A DNA stretch of 64,000 bases from IMG/VR virus record IMGVR_UViG_3300025018_000001; one strand, given 5' to 3'. The stretch's first letter is position 1. Each line of letters opens with the position of its first letter. Both the position numbers and the translations under genes were made by a program. Under the pieces are notes generated by a model, which had not been told where the DNA came from, ran no database searches, and was given only the letters and a program-made list of their open reading frames with translations. Source of the stretch: a virus (lineage: Duplodnaviria; Caudoviricetes). Below, one piece after another: positions 1 to 7,048 of the stretch.

Positions 1-29
1 TACTTAATGTATATGACTTTAAAGATGTA

Positions 30-302
30 ATGAAGTGTCCAGAATTTATAAGAGACTATTTATTAGATAAATATAATAATAGCTGTTCTCTTTGTGGTTG
101 GAAAGAAGTAAATCCATTGCTAAAAAGACCAATATTAGAAATAGAGCATATAGATGGTAATTGTATGGATCATTCTTATAAGAATGTTACATTACTGTGT
201 CCAAACTGTCATACTTTAACCCCAACTTATAGAGGATTAAATATAAATAATCCAAAAAGAGATAAACGTATAACTTACGGTGGACGTTCTTTTAAAAAAT
301 AA
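30..302 (+). CDS. HNH endonuclease (possibly 5'-truncated by window edge)
   Basis: CSLCG...LEIEHIDGN...N..LLCPNCH motif. Confidence 0.8.
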   Translation: MKCPEFIRDYLLDKYNNSCSLCGWKEVNPLLKRPILEIEHIDGNCMDHSYKNVTLLCPNCHTLTPTYRGLNINNPKRDKRITYGGRSFKK

Positions 303-328
303 CAATAAAAATTAATCATTGGTGCTTT

Positions 329-640
329 ATGAAGACTAAATACAGTAATCTTCTAGGGTTTAGAGTGATAGAGAAAGCGTCTTTAGTTGAAGACGGGCCA
401 TTAGTAATTGTAAAAAGATCAATGATTAACAGATTATTTTCCTGGCCTTGGCGACCTATGGTCAAAGAGGAAGCGGTGGTAAGTAAAAGGCCGTCTAAAA
501 TAATACATAAAGCTGGTGATTTTTTAATAATGCACCCGCTTGTGGCAAAGAAACTAAGATTTTACATAAGATGTAACAAATACTCTCTCGTAAGAATTTA
601 TTTATTACAATACATGAAAGAACACGATAGTAAAATATAG
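329..640 (+). CDS. hypothetical protein
   Basis: ORF in co-oriented run. Confidence 0.55.
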   Translation: MKTKYSNLLGFRVIEKASLVEDGPLVIVKRSMINRLFSWPWRPMVKEEAVVSKRPSKIIHKAGDFLIMHPLVAKKLRFYIRCNKYSLVRIYLLQYMKEHDSKI

Positions 641-649
641 GGAGATACT

Positions 650-1114
650 ATGAATTTCAATGTAACTTTTTCAACTAATACTTCTGATGAAAGTCTTGTC
701 GAAAAAATGGGACGTCCAGGGTTAGATTTACTGGATGTTGTTAGAGAAGAAAATCCAGAAACTAAAACATTACCTGCTCACAGCTTCTATATTAATAATG
801 GGTGTCCAATAAACGGGTCAGACCTTTGTGTAGAGTTGACAGAAGCACAGGCTAGAGCTTCTGGGCATTTTAATGCAGACACAAGTGTGGATGTGCAGGT
901 AGAGGAACATGCATTCTCGAAATATGTAATTAATACATTAGAAAAGAATTATAGTGAATCTGCTTCAGAGTTACGTATATGTGGTATTAATACTGGCATG
1001 TTTAAAGAGAAAACAAAACGGCTTGACCATGTGCGGGTCGATAACAAGTTTGATTATGACGCACTTAGAAGTGATTGGGCAGCTGCTGGACATCCTCTTA
1101 ATTGGAAACAGTAG
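650..1114 (+). CDS. hypothetical protein
   Basis: 154 aa ORF with GGAG SD. Confidence 0.7.
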   Translation: MNFNVTFSTNTSDESLVEKMGRPGLDLLDVVREENPETKTLPAHSFYINNGCPINGSDLCVELTEAQARASGHFNADTSVDVQVEEHAFSKYVINTLEKNYSESASELRICGINTGMFKEKTKRLDHVRVDNKFDYDALRSDWAAAGHPLNWKQ

Positions 1115-1635
1115 CCATGATATTTAATCCAAGAATACATACAAGTAAAATGAGTCATCCAAAAAGTGCTGACCATAAAAGATACTTTGTATATAAAGAA
1201 GGTAAATGTTACTTGGAAGGTGCTTGTTTAGACACAATGCATACCTTTGTATCACAAAGACGTGAATCACTTGGTATAGATAAAAAAGTAGTAGTATTAA
1301 GAACAAACCTTTTTACTACACTCAGAGATGCTGGTTACATAGTTGAGTCTGTGACGGCTTCTTATGATGCTTTGGTAAAAGAATTTTTAGAAGACAAAGA
1401 AAAATGTAGACAAAAGTATAAAGATGATTTATACTCTTGGTTAGGTATACTCGATATGAGTAAAGAAACTTTTGAAAAGTTTTATGACTTAGCTAAACTA
1501 CTAGGCGATATCGAAACCTTTGAATTTGGTTATGAAGAAAGTAGATACGATGAAAAACACAAAGCATTTGAAGAAGATTTAAAAGAGCTTGTAGGTGTAG
1601 GATTGTCCTTAGTTAAGGATTTAAGACAACGATAA
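1102..1635 (+). CDS. hypothetical protein
   Basis: 177 aa ORF; true start probably a few codons downstream. Confidence 0.65.
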   Translation: METVAMIFNPRIHTSKMSHPKSADHKRYFVYKEGKCYLEGACLDTMHTFVSQRRESLGIDKKVVVLRTNLFTTLRDAGYIVESVTASYDALVKEFLEDKEKCRQKYKDDLYSWLGILDMSKETFEKFYDLAKLLGDIETFEFGYEESRYDEKHKAFEEDLKELVGVGLSLVKDLRQR

Positions 1636-1819
1636 TAGGTAAAGGTGACACATGAGAAGAACTAGTACAAAGAAGATAAAGAATCGTAAAATTAATCAAA
1701 TGTCAAAAGCAACTTTAACTGAGTTCATAAAAGATCTTGAAAAAGATAATCAAGTAAACAGTAAAGTGTATGCAATGGCTAAAAACCAGTTGCTGAATAA
1801 ATAACACCAAAACACTTAG

Positions 1820-2461
1820 GTGACCCTTATGAGAGTACTTTATATTGTCTTTCTATTTTTATTGCTGTCTTGTCAACAAGTATTTGCAACTATAATTCGT
1901 GAAAATGGTTGTACTTATGACTGCCATGAAGAGTCAAGAACTTATGAGCAGCACTACACAACGTACAAGGAAATAAAACATCTTGACTTTGTTAAAGAGA
2001 TGCAGTATTTTGAAAGAACATCAACCCCTGTTATAGGGCCAAATGAAGTACTCCATGATTGTAAAGATTATAAAGACTGGGATAACATAGTAGAAGACAC
2101 TAACAGAGGTAAATCTACTGGTTATAAAGTTGTAGATAATAAACTTTTTACCAATGAAGGTAAGAGATATCTACGTTGTAATGACCCAGCTAACGAGAAG
2201 TGGATTAAAAGATGGACAGAAGAAGTAGAGATTGTTAAACCTATTGAATGGTCTGAATTTATACCTATTGATAATATAGACTATCTTACTATCAGTAAAT
2301 GGGTATGTGTTCCTATTCCTAACTACTTTCACAGTAGTGGTGGTGGATATCATCATGGTGGAGGTGGTGGTGGAACACAACCTGTGCCTGAGCCAGCAAC
2401 TATGCTTTTGTTCGGTACTGGGCTTGTAGGTCTTGCATCTATTAAAAAATTTGGTAAGTGA
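1820..2461 (+). CDS. PEP-CTERM sorting domain protein
   Basis: N-terminal signal peptide; Gly/His linker; C-terminal VPEPATMLLFGTGLVGLA + basic tail. Confidence 0.9.
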   Translation: MTLMRVLYIVFLFLLLSCQQVFATIIRENGCTYDCHEESRTYEQHYTTYKEIKHLDFVKEMQYFERTSTPVIGPNEVLHDCKDYKDWDNIVEDTNRGKSTGYKVVDNKLFTNEGKRYLRCNDPANEKWIKRWTEEVEIVKPIEWSEFIPIDNIDYLTISKWVCVPIPNYFHSSGGGYHHGGGGGGTQPVPEPATMLLFGTGLVGLASIKKFGK

Positions 2462-2505
2462 GGTTTTTTGGGTGGTGGCTTACCGAAAAATAAAAAGGAT
2501 TAAAA

Positions 2506-2982
2506 ATGTATAGTAAGGCACTACGTAAAATTTATATAGTAACATGTGGCTTTTTAATTGGTATACTTGGCATCATCGGAACGTATTATGGTATAGCCAA
2601 ATACAATAAACTACACACAGAATTTTTGTTTGTATATAAAGTACTACCTGTATTAATTATACTAGACCCAGATCATTATATTATACATGGTGATACTTCC
2701 GTGGGTAGTCAGATGGGTGCAGTGTTACTTATAGAAGATGTTAATGATCCAAATACACTCAGGCATGAGTTAATTCATGTAAAACAACAATATCGTACCT
2801 TATTTATGTATAGCAGTTTTATGTATTGGACAAATGCAGAATACAGATTACGTGCAGAATATGAAGCTTACGCCGCAGAACAAAATACTTCCCAAGATGT
2901 AATAATAGATTCACTTTATAATTACTACAACTTAGGTATGACAAAGGAACAAATAACTTCTTTTATAAGTAGTTACAATTAA
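2506..2982 (+). CDS. membrane-anchored HExxH metallopeptidase-like protein
   Basis: N-terminal TM helix; LRHELIHVKQ...E.EAY. Confidence 0.6.
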   Translation: MYSKALRKIYIVTCGFLIGILGIIGTYYGIAKYNKLHTEFLFVYKVLPVLIILDPDHYIIHGDTSVGSQMGAVLLIEDVNDPNTLRHELIHVKQQYRTLFMYSSFMYWTNAEYRLRAEYEAYAAEQNTSQDVIIDSLYNYYNLGMTKEQITSFISSYN

Positions 2983-3013
2983 CCATAAAATATTAACAAC
3001 GAGGAGTAAAGGC

Positions 3014-3286
3014 ATGGCAAAGGAACAGAAACCAACTACACTGAGAGACATGGCCGCAGGATTATTCGTATCGGCACCGCCTAAAAAGAAAACGTATTCT
3101 CAGATTGTATCGAAGTTCAACGAGACTCGTGTTGAATTACAGGAACTTGTTGCTGACAGTGAAGCAGCTATTATACAAATTGAAGAAGACATCAAAGAGC
3201 TTGAAGTTGAGAAAACTGAAGTTCTTGAAGAAAAAAGTAACGCCATTACTACACTTGACTTTCTTGACAAGTTTGTAAAAGGTTAA
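3014..3286 (+). CDS. hypothetical coiled-coil protein
   Basis: GAGGAG SD; heptad-rich acidic sequence. Confidence 0.65.
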   Translation: MAKEQKPTTLRDMAAGLFVSAPPKKKTYSQIVSKFNETRVELQELVADSEAAIIQIEEDIKELEVEKTEVLEEKSNAITTLDFLDKFVKG

Positions 3287-3289
3287 TAC

Positions 3290-3484
3290 ATGTCTGATGA
3301 GCTACATACTGATGATATAGTATTTAGGCTTACCAAGAGAGCAGAGATTCGAAGACAAATAACAACGCGTAAAAGTGTAATTGAAGGTAAACCAGACCGT
3401 ATTTCAGACATATTGGAAGAGGCTGCAAAAGAAATTGTAGCTTTAAGATCTCACATATTGCTTTTAACCGCTGAAAAGCATTAA
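3290..3484 (+). CDS. hypothetical protein
   Basis: short ORF in operon. Confidence 0.6.
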   Translation: MSDELHTDDIVFRLTKRAEIRRQITTRKSVIEGKPDRISDILEEAAKEIVALRSHILLLTAEKH

Positions 3485-3489
3485 AAATG

Positions 3490-3850
3490 ATTGTCGTGGG
3501 TGGGGAAAGGATTGTATAAGGACTTTAAATCCGAAGGAAGTTTTCCATTTAGTAGACGCTAATAACTACTTGTATAAGTATGGAACGGCTAGTCACCGCG
3601 TGTGTATCGGCACACAACAATCCTGTATTACCACAACTAGTATGGTTACTCTGCTAGTTGTGTAAAAATGAGGAGTAACTATATAAAGTTTTAGTTTATA
3701 GTACATAAGCGATAATGCCTTAAAACTTTATGAAATAACTTAATAAATGACGCGACATATAAACTAGCGTAAGTCTTTGGCATTAGAGGCGATTGGTAAC
3801 AGTAGCCACCCTGCGACGCGTGAACTGGGTGGCTACTAACCAATTTTTAA
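3490..3850 (+). ncRNA. candidate large structured ncRNA
   Basis: ORF-free; pairings AGGATTGT 3508/ACAATCCT 3617, CACAACTAG/CTAGTTGTG, ATAAAGTTTTA/TAAAACTTTAT, TAATGCC/GGCATTA; strong terminal hairpin AGTAGCCACC/GGTGGCTACT. Confidence 0.4.
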
Positions 3851-3953
3851 TATTTGTACTAAGTGGTTTATGTTTCATAGCCATATAATGGGCCGGGACT
3901 CTCATTAACACTGCTGAACACTTTGATAAACTATTAAATATGAACCACTTATT

Positions 3954-4187
3954 ATGAATATTAAAAAATTAGATCTACATGGTATTAGACATGCAGATGT
4001 TAAGCAACTAGTTATACACTTCATTGAAGATAACTGGGGGTCAGAGGAAGATTTTGAAATAGTTACAGGACATAGTGCTAACATGAAGAGTATAGTTCTT
4101 AATGTACTAGATGAATACAAACTTCCATATACAGTTGGAGAAATATTCAACTCACTGGCACCTAAAATAACATTTTGGATGAAATAA
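3954..4187 (+). CDS. stand-alone Smr domain protein
   Basis: LDLHG...IVTGHS motif. Confidence 0.75.
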   Translation: MNIKKLDLHGIRHADVKQLVIHFIEDNWGSEEDFEIVTGHSANMKSIVLNVLDEYKLPYTVGEIFNSLAPKITFWMK

Positions 4188-4307
4188 TGAAAATAAAAGA
4201 TGTATGTTACACATGTGGTTATTTTGACCCAGACCTTGGTAAAGGAAAACGTTATAAATGTTTTACAGATAAGTGTCCAGTTAAAACGTTAGGGTCAGCC
4301 AAAGTAA

Positions 4308-4592
4308 GTGCTTTACTACGGGAGCACAAAAAGAATGCCAAAAAATAATTATATAGTATACGATTGGCTAGAAGTAAGAGATGCTACTGATTCTTTGTAC
4401 AAAAGATTATTTAATGTAAAAATAGATAATTTTGTTAAAGATGTCTGTAGCAATGGGTTGCCACATGCAATGACCTCCGTATTAGCTGCAGCTTTTGTAC
4501 ATGGTTTAATCAAAGAAGATGCAGATGTTGATAAAGTTATTAATGCTTATTTACAGTTAGAAGATGTGGGATTTATCGGTGTGAAAGAGTAA
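4308..4592 (+). CDS. hypothetical protein
   Basis: ORF track. Confidence 0.5.
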   Translation: MLYYGSTKRMPKNNYIVYDWLEVRDATDSLYKRLFNVKIDNFVKDVCSNGLPHAMTSVLAAAFVHGLIKEDADVDKVINAYLQLEDVGFIGVKE

Positions 4593-4706
4593 AGATTTGT
4601 TGTGGTTAAAGATTATTTGTGCAGCTTGTGGCTGGGTTTTGTGGTCATTAATTAACTAACCTTACTAACTTACACTTAAAAGAGGTGACGTCATGTAACA
4701 TTTTAC

Positions 4707-4735
4707 TTGCATAATTAATAGAAATAGATTATAAT
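4707..4735 (+). promoter_or_regulatory. sigma70-type promoter upstream of the RNA cluster
   Basis: TTGCAT-17 nt-TATAAT. Confidence 0.7.
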
Positions 4736-4778
4736 AGAGGATATAAATGATAGTTAGAAGTAGTAGATAGTTTTAAAT

Positions 4779-4860
4779 TTCGTATTACAGGTAGTGTTAA
4801 ACATGGTTACTTCAATTGGTGAAAAATACACCTTGTTTGTTAGTTCTCCTGTAATACGAG
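4779..4860 (+). ncRNA. free-standing Y-RNA-like module RNA (F0)
   Basis: 12-bp terminal stem TCGTATTACAGG/CCTGTAATACGA; 22-nt strand TAGTGTT-AAACATGGT-TACTTC; partner ACCTTGTTT-GTTAGTTCT; small hairpin TTCA-ATTGG-TGAA. Confidence 0.7.
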
Positions 4861-4863
4861 TTC

Positions 4864-4947
4864 GCGGGGGTGGTGGAATAGGTAGACACAAGGGACTTAA
4901 AATCCCTCGGCTGCAATGCCATGAGAGTTCAAGTCTCTCCCTCCGCA
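4864..4947 (+). tRNA. trnL: tRNA-Leu(TAA)
   Basis: cloverleaf with long variable arm; AGGGA-CTTAAAA-TCCCT. Confidence 0.92.
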
Positions 4948-4960
4948 TACAATTAATAAT

Positions 4961-5033
4961 GCCGGTGTAGCTCAGTTGGAAGAGCGCCTCCCTTGTAAGG
5001 AGGATGTCACGGGTTCGATTCCTGTTACCGGCT
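4961..5033 (+). tRNA. trnT: tRNA-Thr(TGT)
   Basis: canonical cloverleaf; CCTCC-CTTGTAA-GGAGG. Confidence 0.93.
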
Positions 5034-5054
5034 CAGTATATAAAGGTGAATTCA

Positions 5055-5267
5055 ATGGGTGTTTTGAGTTGTGATAGACCTGGTTGCGATAACATAATGT
5101 GTGATAGGTATTCAGGTAAACATGGTTATTTATGTTGGGAATGTTTTAATGAATTGGTTGCTAAAAAAATACCTGTAAGCGAGTTCATGCGTACAATAAG
5201 AGCAGAAGAAGATGAGAATCCTTATACTGAAGAATTTTATAATGAAATTTTTCCAATACGAAATTAA
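5055..5267 (+). CDS. Cys-rich hypothetical protein
   Basis: ATG at 5055 (track start overlaps the tRNA); CDRPGC..CD..CWEC. Confidence 0.6.
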   Translation: MGVLSCDRPGCDNIMCDRYSGKHGYLCWECFNELVAKKIPVSEFMRTIRAEEDENPYTEEFYNEIFPIRN

Positions 5268-5270
5268 TTA

Positions 5271-5356
5271 CTGGGTGTAGCTCAGTCCGGTAGAGTACGT
5301 GCCTTGGACGCACGGAGTCGTTGGTTCGAATCCTACCTTAGGAGCAATATACCCAT
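5271..5356 (+). pseudogene. tRNA-Pro(TGG)-like element with displaced 3' acceptor strand
   Basis: D arm, anticodon arm CGTGC-CTTGGAC-GCACG and T loop present; acceptor partner TACCCAT lies 13 nt after the T arm. Confidence 0.6.
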
Positions 5357-5398
5357 AACAATAATAACAATAAGTGTATTTAAACAACAGGAGTTACC

Positions 5399-5995
5399 AT
5401 GTTTAGAATTGGTTTGGAGTTAGAAGAATTTTGTGTCAATGGAGAAAAAGAAGTTATCTTAATACCGAAAGAGTCAAATATACCACATGATGGTTGTGGC
5501 TGGCTCATCGAATACAGAAGTGATGCAAGTAAAGATATTGTTGATGCCGTGTTTAGTTTACGTGCACATGAGTATAAAACAATTGAAACGCTAAAGAAAT
5601 TTAATGTATCCGGCGCTAGAATACCTGTAATGAAACCAAATAAAACTGTACGTATGGCTGCAAGAAAACGGTTCATTAAAGGCCTTGTACAATTTAACAA
5701 CATTTATGGTCATCAGTGTCATAAGAATACTCTAGCTGAAGCAGTTGCTGCTATACATATTTCTGTAACCTTTAGTGTTGAAGGTAAACATGGTAGTATA
5801 AATAAAGTATGGGACTTTCCTGATTTTATACGTCATATGGATAAAAAATTTGCTGAAGAGATATCAGCTGCGAAAAGACGTCCAGGTTTTTATGAAATTA
5901 AAAGTGACGGTAGAGTAGAGTATAGATCTTTACCAAATAATGTTGATTTAACAAAACTGATGTATGAAGTAAATGCATATAAGTTTAAATATTAA
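5399..5995 (+). CDS. putative amidoligase / glutamine-synthetase-fold (COOH-NH2 ligase-like) protein
   Basis: IGLELE..DG.G.LIEYRS..HIS..R.PG.YE.K..G.VEYRSL pattern. Confidence 0.55.
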   Translation: MFRIGLELEEFCVNGEKEVILIPKESNIPHDGCGWLIEYRSDASKDIVDAVFSLRAHEYKTIETLKKFNVSGARIPVMKPNKTVRMAARKRFIKGLVQFNNIYGHQCHKNTLAEAVAAIHISVTFSVEGKHGSINKVWDFPDFIRHMDKKFAEEISAAKRRPGFYEIKSDGRVEYRSLPNNVDLTKLMYEVNAYKFKY

Positions 5996-6004
5996 AAGTT
6001 GTAA

Positions 6005-6139
6005 TGCTATTTAGTGTAACGGCAAGCATGCTAAAATCTCCTTATCTGTTAGTTCCCTTACGTAAAAGTAAGTGGTGTAAGATATGGTTACTTCATATCA
6101 TAAATGAGAAGACTGGTTCGACTCCAGAAATAGCTACCA
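6005..6139 (+). ncRNA. tRNA-Met(CAT)-like RNA with inserted Y-like module (element A)
   Basis: acceptor GCTATT/AATAGC + encoded CCA, D arm, T arm; ~60-nt insert 5' of TTCAT-ATCATAA-ATGAG. Confidence 0.75.
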
Positions 6140-6156
6140 AAAATTAAAATAAGGAT

Positions 6157-6304
6157 TTGATCTGTAGCTCAGTTGGCTAGAGCAGCTGTTTAAAAAAGCC
6201 TGTTTTTGTTTGTTCCTCCTTTCTCCTCCTTCGTTGTGGATGGTGTAGAAAACAGATACTTCATATGGCACAGCGGGTCGTCAGTTCGAGTCTGACCAGA
6301 TCAA
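6157..6304 (+). ncRNA. tRNA-like RNA (His-like loop remnant) with Y-like module in the anticodon loop (element B)
   Basis: TGATCTG/CAGATCA acceptor, GCTC/GAGC D stem, GCTGT/ACAGC anticodon stem enclosing ~80 nt, GTCAG-TTCGAGT-CTGAC T arm. Confidence 0.75.
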
Positions 6305-6314
6305 CAATAAAGTT

Positions 6315-6416
6315 TAAAAACATACCAGATACTAGGGTGCGGTTGGTTTCGAAAGCCAATGAATCTAGTAGAGAGCGGCGGAAAATACAGCGAGATGAGT
6401 TCGAGGTATGTTTTTA
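6315..6416 (+). ncRNA. candidate small structured RNA between elements B and C
   Basis: 12-bp perfect closing stem TAAAAACATACC/GGTATGTTTTTA; inner TACTAG/CTAGTA and TTGGTT/AGCCAA helices; GC-rich relative to flanks. Confidence 0.45.
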
Positions 6417-6429
6417 TTTAATATGTATA

Positions 6430-6563
6430 GCGGATGTAGCTCAGCTGGGAGAGCGCCTTCATCATAGACACTGTATTAGCTTATTCCCTATTTTAAATAG
6501 TGGTGTATAACACAGATACTTCAACCAAGAAGGAAGTCGATAGTTCAAGCCTATCCATCCGCG
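6430..6563 (+). ncRNA. tRNA-like RNA (Gly-like) with Y-like module in the anticodon loop (element C)
   Basis: GCGGATG/CATCCGC acceptor, D arm, CCTTC/GAAGG stem enclosing ~68 nt, GATAG-TTCAAGC-CTATC T arm. Confidence 0.75.
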
Positions 6564-6583
6564 ACTTTAAAAGGAAATATTAT

Positions 6584-6754
6584 ATGAGATACGATGAAAA
6601 TTTAACGAAAGAAGCTGTACATGAGTGGGCTATTAAACATTTTAAAGGGCCTATAGAAGTGTATGCATTTAGAAAAACTTTTGTAGCAGTATGCAAAGAA
6701 GAAGTTGTAAATGTCCACTGTGATACTGGTTCAGTTGAAGTGGAAGATAGATGA
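6584..6754 (+). CDS. small hypothetical protein
   Basis: ATG at 6584 after AAGGA; track start lies inside element C. Confidence 0.5.
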   Translation: MRYDENLTKEAVHEWAIKHFKGPIEVYAFRKTFVAVCKEEVVNVHCDTGSVEVEDR

Positions 6755-6759
6755 TATAT

Positions 6760-6832
6760 TGCGGGTTAGAGAAACGGCCATCTCGCTAGGCTCATATCCT
6801 GGAAACAACCGGTTCAACTCCGGTACCCGCTA
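6760..6832 (+). tRNA. trnM: tRNA-Met(CAT), initiator-like
   Basis: cloverleaf; 1:72 mismatch; CTAGG-CTCATAT-CCTGG. Confidence 0.85.
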
Positions 6833-6835
6833 AAT

Positions 6836-6926
6836 TTAAAACTTGAATGGTGAATAGTATGGTTACTTCTATAGACTCTTAATCTAACCAAAAACAACCT
6901 TACTAGTATGTTCCTTCAAGTTTTAA
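6836..6926 (+). ncRNA. free-standing Y-like module RNA carrying a Lys(CTT) anticodon stem-loop (F1)
   Basis: 12-bp terminal stem TTAAAACTTGAA/TTCAAGTTTTAA; TGGTGAA-TAGTATGGT-TACTTC; TAGA-CTCTTAA-TCTA; AACCTTACTA-GTATGTTCC. Confidence 0.75.
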
Positions 6927-6953
6927 TACTTGCTGATGATGTAGTTGATTTGT

Positions 6954-7027
6954 AACTAGGGTGGTGAATAGAACAGTTACTTCACTGTAAATGAAAAAAC
7001 GACTGTTCTAGTCTGTTCCCTCTAATT
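6954..7027 (+). ncRNA. free-standing Y-like module RNA carrying a Tyr(GTA) anticodon stem-loop (F2)
   Basis: TGGTGAA-TAGAACAGT-TACTTC; TTCA-CTGTAAA-TGAA; 10-bp helix TAGAACAGTT/GACTGTTCTA; GTCTGTTCC; ends ~20 nt before the ro60 start. Confidence 0.75.
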
Positions 7028-7048
7028 CGTGTTAAAGGAGAAAACACA

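Noticed and set aside
3495-3545. RNase P or SRP RNA (GGGGAAAG; TCCGAAGGAAG)
   Set aside because: Only partial word matches; the P4 partner and the SRP AGCAG motif are absent.
3632-3661. Extra Y-like module (TATGGTTACT)
   Set aside because: Lacks the GGTG start, the final TC and the GTTCC partner; it is a simple hairpin loop.
4754-6510. ORF-track calls overlapping tRNA or tRNA-like RNAs (4754..4948, 6265..6510, extended starts at 5004, 6500, 39894, 46099)
   Set aside because: Artefacts of reading through RNA genes; downstream ATGs with SD sequences are better starts.
6005-6563. Group I introns in tRNAs
   Set aside because: Inserts are only 60-80 nt and lack P/Q/R/S core elements.
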